DNA of 47,545 nt, taken from positions 1-47,545 of the forward strand of contig DASCPX010000067.1 in the NCBI GenBank assembly GCA_036012755.1. Direction: 5' to 3'. The notes below the pieces were generated by a model that was not told the origin of the DNA, did no database searches, and saw nothing but the letters and a program-made list of their open reading frames with translations. Origin of the DNA: Myxococcota bacterium. GTDB lineage: Bacteria; Myxococcota_A; UBA796; CAJQPC01. Shown one piece after another: positions 26,208-36,456 of this stretch. Made by a program: the position numbers and the translations under genes. The first letter of the stretch is position 1. Each line of letters begins with the position of its first letter.

Positions 26208-27885
26208 GTGGACACCCCCGGAGGCCGCGACGTCCCCGCTCCGCCAGGCACTAGCGCCCTTCGCGCGACGCATCCGCACCCAGCGCTCCCTCGAGTACAT
26301 CGGCTGGGCGGCGGTGCCCTCGGTCGTGCTCGCGCTGCTCCCGCTGGCGGATGTCTCGCCCGTGGCCATCGTCGCCGCCGGGGTGGTCCTCTGCGCGGCT
26401 GGGATCGCGGGCCTGGCGCTGCCGATCGATCTCGGCGTCGCGGCGCGTCTGGCGGATCGCCACGGGGCGCTCCACGCGGTCTGTGACACCGCCCTGCACC
26501 TCGAGGCCACCCGCCACCCGGCAGCCGAGGCGGTTGGCCTCGATGCCCTCGACGCGCTCGGGGCGCTGGAGCCGCCGCCGCTCCGACGTCCGCGCGGTCT
26601 GTTCGCCCTTGGGGCGGCCACGTGCCTGGCGCTGGTCCTCGTCGGCGTCTTGCGGGCGCTGGAGCCGGAGCCGGAGCCGGAAGCCGGACCAGGAGACGAC
26701 CTCCTCGCCCAGCTCGACACCATCGAGTCGGATGCGCGCCGCAAGGGACAGGTGGAGCTCGTTGAGGCGGTCCAGGAGCTCCGAGCCCGCGTCCAGGCCG
26801 TCCAGGCCGCTTCGGAGACTCGGCCGACCGAGCCCGTCGCGCGTCACGAGCCTCCTCCCCCCCCCGTGACCCCGCCTGCACCGCCGCCCCCGGAGCCGGA
26901 AGAGGAGCTCCCGCCTGAGTTCAACAGCCAGGCCGCATACGACGAGGCCCTCGACGAGGCCCGCGAGGGCATGCTGTCGGACGACCAGCTGCTCGCCGAG
27001 TTCTCCGCCCAGATCGAGAGCCGGCTGATGGAGGTCACCGCGCTCGAGCAGATGGGCAACGACCTCCTCGGCGCCACGCTCAGCGGCGTCGAGATGAGCG
27101 GACAGGGAAGCTACCCGGAGTTCGATGGGACCGCGCCCCTCGGGCAAGAGCGCTCGATGAACCAGGCGAGCAGCATGCTCCCGGAGCAGTTCCAGCAGAA
27201 CACGGTCGACCCGGTCTCGACCTCGGGCATGCAGAACCTGGAGGAGAGCTTCAGCGAGTCCCACGAGCTCGCCCAGGGGCTCCAGAAGACCTACCAGGAC
27301 TTCCTCGAGGCCTACGCCGACGCGCTCCGCGACGAGCTCGTGGACGCCCTCGAGGAGGCCCAGGAGTCTCAGCGCCTCGCCGAGGGTGAGGGCTCACGCC
27401 ATCTCGACAACACCGGCACTGGCAACTTCGAGAGCGGCCAGCACACCGCGGACTCGCCCACGCAGCAAAAGTCCGACGGCACCGACAACGCCAACTTCGC
27501 CCCCCGAGACGACATGGAAGGAGCGGTCCAGAGCATGCAGCTGGCCGACCTCGCCGGGAAGGGAAAGCGCATGGAAGGTGGAGGCGGGACCGGCGGCCCC
27601 AGCGGTACGCCGAACGAGGGTGCGGGTGAGCTCGGCGAGGCGGGCGGCGACCTCGAGCAGCTCCAAGGGGGCTTCGGGCCTGGCAACCTCACGGACGAGC
27701 AGCGACAGCAGGTCCTCGAGGCCGTCGAGGGCAAGGCCATCCAGACGGGTCCGGGCAGCGACTTCGACGACGCCTGGACCGGCTACTTCGACGAGGTCGA
27801 CCGGGCCCTGTTCGAAGAGGACATGCCGCCGCTCATGCAGAACATGGTCGCGGCCTATTTCGCGGGATTGAAGGAGGAGCGATGA
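26208..27885 (+). CDS. Membrane-anchored acidic coiled-coil protein leading the MoxR operon; start unresolved
   Basis: N-terminal TMs, AARLADRH, Pro-rich linker, and C-terminal MPPLMQNMVAAYFAGL typical of MoxR-operon partners. GTG 26208 is out of frame by 1 nt at a C5 run. Confidence 0.7.
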
Positions 27886-28865
27886 CTCCGGCAGAGTTCC
27901 AGGCAGCCTTTGGCGCCGTGCGGGAGCAGGTGCAGCGCGTGATCGTGGGCCTCGACGATGTCGTCGATGGCGTGCTGACCGCGCTGTTTGCGGATGGAAA
28001 CGTGTTGCTGGAGGGGCTCCCTGGCTTGGGCAAGACCCGGCTCGTGAACGCGCTGGCCCAGTCGCTGGACCTGGAGGCCGCGCGCATCCAGTTCACCCCC
28101 GACCTGATGCCGGCGGACGTGACCGGCACCCACCTCGTCAGCACCGACGATGTCGGACGCAAGCACTTCAGCCTGCGGCGCGGCCCGATCTTCGCCAACG
28201 TGGTGCTCGCCGACGAGATCAACCGCGCGACGCCCAAGACGCAGTCGGCGCTCCTGGAGGCGATGCAGGAGCGCCAGGTCACGCTGCTCGGCGAGACCCA
28301 CGTGCTGCCTGCGCCCTTCATCGTCGTGGCGACGCAGAACCCGCTGGAGATGGAGGGCACCTACCCCCTGCCAGAGGCACAGCTGGACCGCTTCCTGGTC
28401 AAGCTCCACCTCGGTCTTCCAGGCGAGGACGCCCTGCTGACGATCCTCGACAGGACCACCGGCACGAAGGACCCCCAGCCGGAGGCGGTGCTCGACGGGC
28501 ACGGCATCCAGGCGATGCGCCGGACGGTGCGCGAGGTGCCGACATCGCCCGAGACGCTGCGCCTGGCGGTGCGCATCCTGCTGAACACCCACCCAAAGCA
28601 CGGTCCCGACGCCGCCGGGCGCTACGTCCGCTTCGGCGCGTCTCCCCGCGGCGTCCAGAGCATGGTGCTCGCTGGCAAGGTGCGGGCACTCGTCGAGCGC
28701 GGCGGCAATCGCCAGCCGGTGCTCGCGCCAGAGGACCTCGCCGCGGTCGCACCAGCCTGCCTGCGACACCGCATCATCCTGAACTTCGAGGGAGAGGCAG
28801 AGGGCGTCGATGTCGATGAGCTCGTCGCCGACGCCGTCGCCGCCGCCAAGAAGAGCATGGGCTGA
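27882..28865 (+). CDS. moxR: MoxR-family AAA+ ATPase
   Basis: EGLPGLGKT, RIQFTPDLMPAD, LADEINRA, ATQNPLE and GTYPLPEAQLDRF. Confidence 0.95.
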   Translation: MTPAEFQAAFGAVREQVQRVIVGLDDVVDGVLTALFADGNVLLEGLPGLGKTRLVNALAQSLDLEAARIQFTPDLMPADVTGTHLVSTDDVGRKHFSLRRGPIFANVVLADEINRATPKTQSALLEAMQERQVTLLGETHVLPAPFIVVATQNPLEMEGTYPLPEAQLDRFLVKLHLGLPGEDALLTILDRTTGTKDPQPEAVLDGHGIQAMRRTVREVPTSPETLRLAVRILLNTHPKHGPDAAGRYVRFGASPRGVQSMVLAGKVRALVERGGNRQPVLAPEDLAAVAPACLRHRIILNFEGEAEGVDVDELVADAVAAAKKSMG

Positions 28866-28866
28866 C

Positions 28867-29757
28867 ATGGACCTCTCGCCCGGCTTTCTCGCAAAGCTCG
28901 AGCTGCTCCGCATCGCCACTCGTCGGGTGCACTCCGGGCGCTACGCCGCTCGCACGCGCAGCCGGCGCCTCGGAGCTGGCATCGACTTCGCTGACCACCG
29001 GGCCTACACGCCGGGCGACGACCTGAAGTACGTCGACTGGACCCTCTACGGGCGCCTCGACCAGCTCATGATCCGGCTGTCCGAGGAGGAGACCGAGCTC
29101 AACGTGCACCTGCTGGTGGACGTGTCGCGCTCGATGGAGCTCGATGTCGGGCCCGTCCGCGGCGACACGAAGGCACGGGTCGCGAGGGAGGTCGCCACGG
29201 CGCTGTCCTACGTCGCGCTGTCCAACCTCGACCAGGTCCACCTCTGGCCATTCGCCGGCAACCTCGGTCGCCCCTTCCGTCCGGCCCGTCGCCGCGCCGA
29301 GGTCCTGCGACTGTGGCGCCACCTCGGCGAGGTCGAGCTCGAGCCTGGCACCGACATCGAAGGCGCCGTGAGGCGCATGTTGCAGCTCACCCAGGCTCGC
29401 GGTGTCGCCATCCTGATCAGCGACTTCCCGGGCACCAGCTGGCGGACAGCGGTCGACCGCCTGCTGCACGAGCGCTTCGATGTCGGCCTCGTCCAGCTCT
29501 CGGCGCCGGGGGAGATCGAGCTTCCGCTGCTCGGCGAGCGCTTCGATCTACAGGATGGGGAGACCGGCGAGGTCCTGCGCGGTGTCAGCCGGGAGCAGGT
29601 CGACCGCATCCGTCGTGAGGGCCGGCGAGACCGTCGTGATGTGGGCCGCTACTGCGTCTCTCGAGGTATCCCCCTGGTGCAGACGGTCACCGGTGACCCG
29701 ACCGACCTGGAGCACCTCGTCCTGACGCTCTTGCGAGGGAAGGGCCTGCTCCGGTGA
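28867..29757 (+). CDS. DUF58 domain protein
   Basis: GAGIDFADHRAYTPGDDLKYVDW, VDVSRSM and ISDF. ATG at 28867. Confidence 0.92.
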   Translation: MDLSPGFLAKLELLRIATRRVHSGRYAARTRSRRLGAGIDFADHRAYTPGDDLKYVDWTLYGRLDQLMIRLSEEETELNVHLLVDVSRSMELDVGPVRGDTKARVAREVATALSYVALSNLDQVHLWPFAGNLGRPFRPARRRAEVLRLWRHLGEVELEPGTDIEGAVRRMLQLTQARGVAILISDFPGTSWRTAVDRLLHERFDVGLVQLSAPGEIELPLLGERFDLQDGETGEVLRGVSREQVDRIRREGRRDRRDVGRYCVSRGIPLVQTVTGDPTDLEHLVLTLLRGKGLLR

Positions 29758-31463
29758 GTCTGCTCTCGGTCGCCCAGGCCGGCGGACTGTTCGCGGTCTG
29801 TGCGGCGTTGCTCTTGCTCTTGTTCTTCCTCCGTCGGAAGGCCAGGCTGGTCATCGTGCCCAGCCTGGAGCCCTGGCGGGAGCGGGTGAAGGGGCGGGTG
29901 AATCCCCTCTGGAGGGAGATCATCGCGCTGTTGTTGCAGCTGCTCGCGGCTGGGTTGTTGTGCGCGGCCCTGGTCGAGGCGGAACCCGACGAGGCCGAGG
30001 AGGCCAGCCGGCGCGTGCTCGTCGTCGACGCGTCCCCGTCGATGGCTCCCCGTATGGAGTCCGCTGCGGCCCTGGCCCGGGCGCTGGAGGCCGGCCTGGT
30101 GCTGGCGGGCCAGGACGTGCAGCTGCTCGCCAGCCCGAGCGACTCCCCGCAACAGCGAGAGGCCGGGTTGCGGCGCGCGGCGGCTGGAAACGGCGAGGCT
30201 GACCTGGAGCTCGGCGTCGCGCTCGCCCGGGAGCTCGGCTTCGACCCGATCGTGGTCTCGGACAGGGACATCGAGGGTCTCGACGTGCGCATCGTCGGGG
30301 ACGCCGCCCCCGACGTGTCCATCGACGAGGTCGCCGCCAGCGCCGGGCCCGGGTTGCCGCCGGAGTACGCGATCCGGCTGGTCGTGGTCAACCACGACGC
30401 CCAGGCACGGGAGGTGGAGGTCCAGCTGGAGAGCGCCACCGCTGTCCTCGGCGTCGTCCAGCTCTCCATAGGGGCCGGAGAACGCCTCGAGCAGACCTTC
30501 CGCATGGATCCGGTCGAGGGGGACTGGGTCCTCGCGCGGCTCGTCGACCACGAGGACAGCCTGCCTGCGAACGACCAGGCATACGCGCTGTTGCCGTCGC
30601 TTCGGCCAGCTCGCGCCTGGCTGGTCTCCGATGGCAACCGATACCTGGAGGACGTGCTCCGCCTGATGCCGGGCCTGGAGCTTCGGGTCCTTTCCCCGGA
30701 CGCCTACCGCCGGCCTCCGAGCGACCTCGACCTGGTGATCTTCGACCGCGTTGCTCCAGCCGGTCGGGTGTCCTGCGCGAGCGTGTACCTGGACCCACCG
30801 CCGGCCAGTGGGCCCTTTCCGCCGGTGGGCCGGGCCTCGGAGCCCGAGTTCACGACCTGGGACTACACCCACCAGCTGCTCCGTGGCGTGACCTTCCGCC
30901 ACCTCGCGGTGGAAGAGGTGAGCGTGCTCAGCCTGCCTCGGCTGAGGGGGCGCGTCATAGCGTCGACGGACGACGGCCCGGCGATCGTGGCCTCCGCCGA
31001 GAGCCCGCCGACACTGGCCGTGGGCTTCGATCTGCGGCGCTCCGATCTGCCGCTGACCGTTGCCTTCCCGCAGCTCGTCTACAACCTGCTGCTCTGGGCG
31101 CGCCAGGACGCCACGTCCCTGGCGCCCGGGCTGGCCTCGACCACCGCGGATGGCATCGCGGTGGATCCAGGAGCGCCCGTGCGTGTGCAGCGCGTCGACG
31201 CCCCCGGCGCCTGGGACTTCGACGCCGGAATCAGCCGGGTAGGGGACCTGTCTCCTGGTGTGTACCGCGTAGAGGACCGCACCGGAGAGCGCCTGGTGGC
31301 CCTCCGGTACCCGCCCGATGAGCACGCCACGATGGCGATCGGAGAGGCAATCTCGGTCCCCGCCGAGCGCGAAAAGCAGAGCCCGACGCGTCCGCCGCAC
31401 GTCTTCCTCGCCCTTGGTGCCCTGGGCATCCTGCTCACCGAGTTCCTCGTGGCGCCGCGATGA
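29754..31463 (+). CDS. BatA N-terminal plus vWA-like membrane protein
   Basis: LLLFFLRRK...VPSL..W BatA pattern, VVDASPSM MIDAS, SDLPLTVAFPQL and a C-terminal TM. Confidence 0.82.
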   Translation: MSLLSVAQAGGLFAVCAALLLLLFFLRRKARLVIVPSLEPWRERVKGRVNPLWREIIALLLQLLAAGLLCAALVEAEPDEAEEASRRVLVVDASPSMAPRMESAAALARALEAGLVLAGQDVQLLASPSDSPQQREAGLRRAAAGNGEADLELGVALARELGFDPIVVSDRDIEGLDVRIVGDAAPDVSIDEVAASAGPGLPPEYAIRLVVVNHDAQAREVEVQLESATAVLGVVQLSIGAGERLEQTFRMDPVEGDWVLARLVDHEDSLPANDQAYALLPSLRPARAWLVSDGNRYLEDVLRLMPGLELRVLSPDAYRRPPSDLDLVIFDRVAPAGRVSCASVYLDPPPASGPFPPVGRASEPEFTTWDYTHQLLRGVTFRHLAVEEVSVLSLPRLRGRVIASTDDGPAIVASAESPPTLAVGFDLRRSDLPLTVAFPQLVYNLLLWARQDATSLAPGLASTTADGIAVDPGAPVRVQRVDAPGAWDFDAGISRVGDLSPGVYRVEDRTGERLVALRYPPDEHATMAIGEAISVPAEREKQSPTRPPHVFLALGALGILLTEFLVAPR

Positions 31464-33961
31464 GCTGGGCGACCCCGACGGAGCTGTGGACCGAGCCGCT
31501 CGAGGTCCTCGATCCGGTCTTCCTCTGGCTGCTCGTCCTCCCACCGCTGTTGGTCTTCGTCCTGCCGAAGACCAACGCGCTCGCGGATCGGGCCCGCAAC
31601 CTGGGCTCCCTGCTTGTCCGCATCCTGGCGCTGTGGGCGCTGGTCCTCGCCGCCGCCCGACCGGTGACGCTGCGAGACGTGCCGGATCTGTCCCTGGTCG
31701 TCGCGGTGGATGCTTCCGGCTCCATGAGCGAGGCGCGCCTGGCGGATGTCCGTGGGCTGGTGGAGGGCTACCTCGCCAACACGGATGTGCCCGTCGAGTG
31801 GGTAGAGGCCTCCGGGGACGACGAGACCGATCTGGCGGCGCTGGTCGACCTCGCGGTCGCGGCGGCGCCTCCCGCCGAGTCCCGGCGGGTGCTCCTGCTG
31901 AGTGACGGCGCCGACACCCGGGGTCAGGCTGGGGTCGAGCGGGTCGTTGCCGGGGCGGCGCTCGCGGGCGCGCGAGGCGTCCAGATCCACCCTGTCCCGC
32001 CGGGCGTCGCCGACGACAACCGCGGCGTCCACGGCCTCGACCTGCCCCTGGCGGTAGAGGCCTTCAGCCGGACCGAGGCCCTGGTGCGTGTGCACTCGAC
32101 GGGCTCCGGTCCTGCGACGGTCGTCTTGCGTCTCGGAGACGAGGTCCTCGCCGAAGAGGACGTCGAGCTCGTGCCCGGCACCCAGGAGCTCCGGATGAGC
32201 TTCCGCGCTCCTCGGGCTGGCACGCACAAGGTCGAAGCCCTCGTCGATGGCGGCGATCCCTGGCCAGGGGACGACGCGCGCTCGGGCTGGATGGTGACCA
32301 CGACGGACGGCCCGGTGCTCGTACATGGCAACCGCCACGAGGTCCTCGTCGCCGCCCTCCTCGCCCGTGGGGTCGAGGCGCGCTCGGTCTCGGAGATCCC
32401 GAATGCCACCCCGGAAGGGGCCGCGCTGGTGCTCCTCGCTCCGGACATGGAGGCCTGGGATCCCGAGCTCCCGGAGCGTCTGCAGGCGCTGGTGCGGGAC
32501 GATGGCGTCGACCTCGTGCTGGCCGGCGGTCCGCAGGGGCTGGGCTCTGACGAGGAGTGGATGGAGCCCCTCGACCGGACGCTGCCGGTCGTCTTTCCCC
32601 AGAAGAAGAAGCGCCAGCCGCCGCCGCTGGCCGTCGCCTACGTCATCGACCGCTCGGACTCGATGGCTCGGGAGGGCAAGCTCGATCTGGCCGTGGCGGC
32701 GGTGACGCAGTCCGTCGAGATGCTGTCGCCGGACTCACGGGTCGGCGTGCTCACCTTCAGCGACTCCAGCGAGTGGATCGTCCCGCTCACCCGAGCCAAG
32801 AACAAGACAGCCATCATCGAGGCGGTCGGCAGCATCCGCGTCAGTGGCGGGACCGAGATCTACCCGGCCCTCGAGGTCGCCTTCGAGGCGCTGGCCGCCA
32901 CCGACGCGCTCGTGCGCCACATCATCGTGCTCACCGACGGGCGGGGGAACACGCGCATCGACCAGCACAGCGACCTGATGAGGCGGATCTCGGCGAGCTC
33001 CGTCAGCGTCTCCACGGTCGCACTGTCCGCAGAGGCGGCGCGAGAGGAGCTGCAGCGAGTGGCGGATCGCGGTCGTGGTCGGGCCTGGTACACCGAGACC
33101 CTGGAGGACCTCCCCAAGATCTTCGTCGAGGAGACGATGACGCTCTTGCGGAAGAACGCCGTCGAAGAGGACGACTCGGTGCGCGCCATGCCCGGCAGCC
33201 CGCTCGCCGGCTCTCGTGACTGGTCCGCCGCGCCACTGTTGGGTGGCTACAACGAGGCTCGGGCCAAGCCGACCGCCTCCCTCGGTCTCGTCCTCGGCGA
33301 CCGCAGCCGCCCCCTGTTGTCGAGCTGGCGCTACGGGCTCGGTTCGGCGACCGTCTTCAGCAGCGAGCTCGGGGGCGGCTGGGGCTCACGCTGGGTCGAG
33401 TGGGAGGGCTTCTCTCCCTGGCTCGCCGAGCTCGTCGAGGCCATCCGGCTGCGTCCGGAGACCAGAGAGCTGTTCATCTCCGTGGAGGCTACACAGGAGG
33501 GCGTCGTCGTCGTCCTCGATGTCCTCGACGTGCTCGGAGTGCCACGCGAGGGGCTCGTCCCGGAGCTGCGGATCCGCGGTGACGGGACAGAGCGCGAGGT
33601 GGACTTCGACGAGGTGGTTCCTGGTCGGTATGCGGCGACGGTGGAGTGGGACGGACCGCTCCTGCTGACCGCCGTCGTGCCCTCGGGGCCCGGCACCCCG
33701 GCGGGTGTCGTGCGGGCCCAGGTGGCGCCGCCGCCGTCGCCGGAGCTCAGCGGTACGCTCCTGGACATCGACCGCCTCGAGGCGATCGCGGCCGCCAGCG
33801 GAGGCCGCGTGCTACCGGACCCGCGCGTGCTCCTCGACGAGGGGGTTCGAGACCGTCGGGACCGTCGCCACCACTGGCTGTGGTTGCTCTGGACGGGCAT
33901 CGGCAGTCTCCTCGTCGACGTCGCGATCCGTCGGATCCGAGGTGGCTCAGCGGTCGGCTGA
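31460..33961 (+). CDS. Double vWA domain membrane protein with GATase-like insert
   Basis: VDASGSM and IDRSDSM MIDAS motifs, LSDG/LTDG, GGTEIYPAL, WRYGLG and a C-terminal TM. Confidence 0.85.
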   Translation: MSWATPTELWTEPLEVLDPVFLWLLVLPPLLVFVLPKTNALADRARNLGSLLVRILALWALVLAAARPVTLRDVPDLSLVVAVDASGSMSEARLADVRGLVEGYLANTDVPVEWVEASGDDETDLAALVDLAVAAAPPAESRRVLLLSDGADTRGQAGVERVVAGAALAGARGVQIHPVPPGVADDNRGVHGLDLPLAVEAFSRTEALVRVHSTGSGPATVVLRLGDEVLAEEDVELVPGTQELRMSFRAPRAGTHKVEALVDGGDPWPGDDARSGWMVTTTDGPVLVHGNRHEVLVAALLARGVEARSVSEIPNATPEGAALVLLAPDMEAWDPELPERLQALVRDDGVDLVLAGGPQGLGSDEEWMEPLDRTLPVVFPQKKKRQPPPLAVAYVIDRSDSMAREGKLDLAVAAVTQSVEMLSPDSRVGVLTFSDSSEWIVPLTRAKNKTAIIEAVGSIRVSGGTEIYPALEVAFEALAATDALVRHIIVLTDGRGNTRIDQHSDLMRRISASSVSVSTVALSAEAAREELQRVADRGRGRAWYTETLEDLPKIFVEETMTLLRKNAVEEDDSVRAMPGSPLAGSRDWSAAPLLGGYNEARAKPTASLGLVLGDRSRPLLSSWRYGLGSATVFSSELGGGWGSRWVEWEGFSPWLAELVEAIRLRPETRELFISVEATQEGVVVVLDVLDVLGVPREGLVPELRIRGDGTEREVDFDEVVPGRYAATVEWDGPLLLTAVVPSGPGTPAGVVRAQVAPPPSPELSGTLLDIDRLEAIAAASGGRVLPDPRVLLDEGVRDRRDRRHHWLWLLWTGIGSLLVDVAIRRIRGGSAVG

Positions 33962-35131
33962 CCAGTCGTCCTCGAGGATGCGGAGCCCCATCTCCTGGAT
34001 CCCGGCCGCCATCAGCGTGCCCGGGGCGAGATCCTCGGGAGCCAGCCAGCCAGGATCCTCGAAGTCGAGGCCACCCCCGGCGTCGTTCTCCGATTCCTCG
34101 CCCGTGTACGCGCTGTCGGGGTTGAGACGCACCCAGTGGCCGGCTTCCTGGAACGCGAGGCCCAGCCCGATGACGTGGGGGGCGTCGGGGATGACCTGGA
34201 AGTGGTCCTTCTCCGAGCCGAGCACGATCACCGCGAGGTCTTCTGGGGTGTCCTCCACCAGGATGGAGGCGTTGCGGAGGGCGAACCAGTCCAGCGACTC
34301 CTCCAGCGACATGACCCCCTCGCGGTCGCCGAGGGTCTCGAGGAGGAAGGGTGAGTGGAGGCGCCCTTCTTCGAGCAGGAGCCCCTCGAAGGTCGGCTCG
34401 TCCTCGTCGCGGACACCGTCGTCGTTGCGATCGAGCCAGGGGCGGCCGTCCCACTCGAGCTGGCTGTAGTCGACCTTGCAGATGAGCCCGCTGCCCTCCA
34501 TCAGGGTGCACTCGCGGGTCTCGGGGAGGACCAGCTCGTCGAGCACGAACTGCGGTCCGGAGGGGGTCTCCCAGGTCACGAGTCCGCGGACCGCAGGGGG
34601 CTCGACCTCGGGATCCGTCAGCGTCGCCACGGCGAGGTTTCCGCCGTTGCTGCGACCGAAGAGCACCAGCGCGTCGACATCGACGGTCGCGAAGTAGTCG
34701 CGGATGGAGCAGCCGGAGTCGTCCGGGATCTCTCCCGAGGCGAATTGCAGCGCCCGGACCACCATTTTCCGGCTGGCGTGCCCGAAGTAGTCGCTCTCTT
34801 CGTCGTCGTCGCCGCCTCCCGGCAGGTCGAGTCGGACCTGGACGAGGCCGTGGCCCGCTGGCAGGCGCTCGACCAGCGTGCTCGGGGCCTGGTTCGCGTT
34901 GAAGCCCCCCATGAGCATCACGGTCGGGATGGCGGTCCCGATCTCTCCCTCGTCGCCGAGCAGCTCGATGTCGGTGCCCACCAGTGTGCTGCGCGCGATC
35001 GCCCAGTCACCGTCGACGAAGGTGCCGCAGTCAGGAGTCGACACCGAGTCCGAGTCGTGGACGACGGGGTCCTTGGGCGGGCAGCCGAGCAATAGCAGGA
35101 GCATCAGGCCGAGAGCGTCGAGGCGGCGCAT
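33947..35131 (-). CDS. Lipoprotein with alpha/beta-hydrolase-like fold
   Basis: MRRLDALGLMLLLLLGC lipobox, GRSNGG nucleophile elbow and GSEKDHFQ. The real start is at 35131, inside the track ORF. Confidence 0.72.
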   Translation of the reverse strand: MRRLDALGLMLLLLLGCPPKDPVVHDSDSVSTPDCGTFVDGDWAIARSTLVGTDIELLGDEGEIGTAIPTVMLMGGFNANQAPSTLVERLPAGHGLVQVRLDLPGGGDDDEESDYFGHASRKMVVRALQFASGEIPDDSGCSIRDYFATVDVDALVLFGRSNGGNLAVATLTDPEVEPPAVRGLVTWETPSGPQFVLDELVLPETRECTLMEGSGLICKVDYSQLEWDGRPWLDRNDDGVRDEDEPTFEGLLLEEGRLHSPFLLETLGDREGVMSLEESLDWFALRNASILVEDTPEDLAVIVLGSEKDHFQVIPDAPHVIGLGLAFQEAGHWVRLNPDSAYTGEESENDAGGGLDFEDPGWLAPEDLAPGTLMAAGIQEMGLRILEDDWSADR

Positions 35132-36456
35132 TGCGCCTTCGCCGGCAGGATGATGGTGAAGGTGGAACCCTTGCCTGGTTCGGACTGCAGCTCGATGTGG
35201 CCGCCCATCTCCTGGATGAGCAGGCGTGAGATGGCGAGCCCGAGTCCGGAGCCACCATGGACGCGGGTGGAGCTCGTGTCGGCCTGGTAGAAGGGCTCGT
35301 AGAGGCGCCGCCTCTGCGTCTCGTCCATTCCGATACCGGTGTCGGCGACGCGAAAGCAGATCTGGTCCTCGGTTCCCCCGGCGAGGCGGCGGACGCTGAG
35401 CTGGATGCGTCCCCGCTCCGTGAACTTGCATGCGTTCGACAGGAGGTTGAACAGGACCTGCCGCACCCGGATCGGGTCGGCCACCATCGACCCGACGTCC
35501 GCTGGGCAGTCCAGCTCGACCCTGTTGCGGTTGTTCCGTGCCATCGGCTTGGCGATGGCCATGGCCTCTCTCGCGAGATCGCGCACCTCGAAGCGCTCCG
35601 GGTTCAGCTCCAGCTTGCCGGCCTCGACCTTGGAGAGGTCCAGGACGTCGCTGATGAGGTCGAGCAGGTGCATGCCCGAGGAGCGGATGCGCCCGAGGTC
35701 CTGCTTCGTGCTCCCGGGCGACAGCGTGTCCTGCTCGAGACCCTCCAACAGCATCTCGGAGTAGCCGATGACGGCGTTGAGCGGGGTGCGCAGCTCGTGG
35801 CTCATGTTGGCCAGGAAGGCGCTCTTGGCGCGGCTGGCAGCCAGGGCCTGGTCGCGGGCGACGGTCATCTCCTCGTTCAGGCGCCGGAGGTTCTCTTCCG
35901 AGACGCTCGTGACCGTCATGTCCCGGACCAGGAGCAGGCTCCCATCCACGTCGTGGAACTCGTGGGCGTGCCCGTGGAGGTTCAGCTGGTAGACCCGGCG
36001 GACACCTCGGGGAGTGTCCATGTCCAGGCGCAGAAGGCCGGCTCGCTCCCCGCCGCCGCAGAGCTTGCAGGTCCGAGGTGTCGGCATTCGGACCTGGGAG
36101 AGCACCGCCAGCCACCAGTCCAGGGGGCCGTTCCACGGACCGGCCATGGCTGTGAGCGTCGGTGAGGGCGTGGACAGGGACCCGTCGTCCTGCACGAAAC
36201 CCACGCCGACTCCCATCGCCCGCGCCACGCGCAGCTCCGCGATGGGACTGCGCTCCGGCGCCTGGATGTCCGCCAGCGCGGAGGGTCCCCTGTCGGTTCG
36301 CACCACCAGCACCAGCGCTGCAAGCAGCAGTCCGGCGAGACAGGCCACGCCGAGCACCGTGGCGACGCCGAGGCCATTGGGCAGGCTCGCGACCAGCCCG
36401 ACCAGCGCCGCGACCGCCATCGCGAGCAGACCTCCGGCGATCCTGGGCGTCTTCAC
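35104..36456 (-). CDS. Membrane sensor histidine kinase
   Basis: Two N-terminal TMs, a PAS-like region, FLANMSHELRTPLN, NLLSNACKFT, DTGIG, FYQAD and GSGLGL. GTGA overlap start. Confidence 0.92.
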   Translation of the reverse strand: MKTPRIAGGLLAMAVAALVGLVASLPNGLGVATVLGVACLAGLLLAALVLVVRTDRGPSALADIQAPERSPIAELRVARAMGVGVGFVQDDGSLSTPSPTLTAMAGPWNGPLDWWLAVLSQVRMPTPRTCKLCGGGERAGLLRLDMDTPRGVRRVYQLNLHGHAHEFHDVDGSLLLVRDMTVTSVSEENLRRLNEEMTVARDQALAASRAKSAFLANMSHELRTPLNAVIGYSEMLLEGLEQDTLSPGSTKQDLGRIRSSGMHLLDLISDVLDLSKVEAGKLELNPERFEVRDLAREAMAIAKPMARNNRNRVELDCPADVGSMVADPIRVRQVLFNLLSNACKFTERGRIQLSVRRLAGGTEDQICFRVADTGIGMDETQRRRLYEPFYQADTSSTRVHGGSGLGLAISRLLIQEMGGHIELQSEPGKGSTFTIILPAKAQCAASTLSA

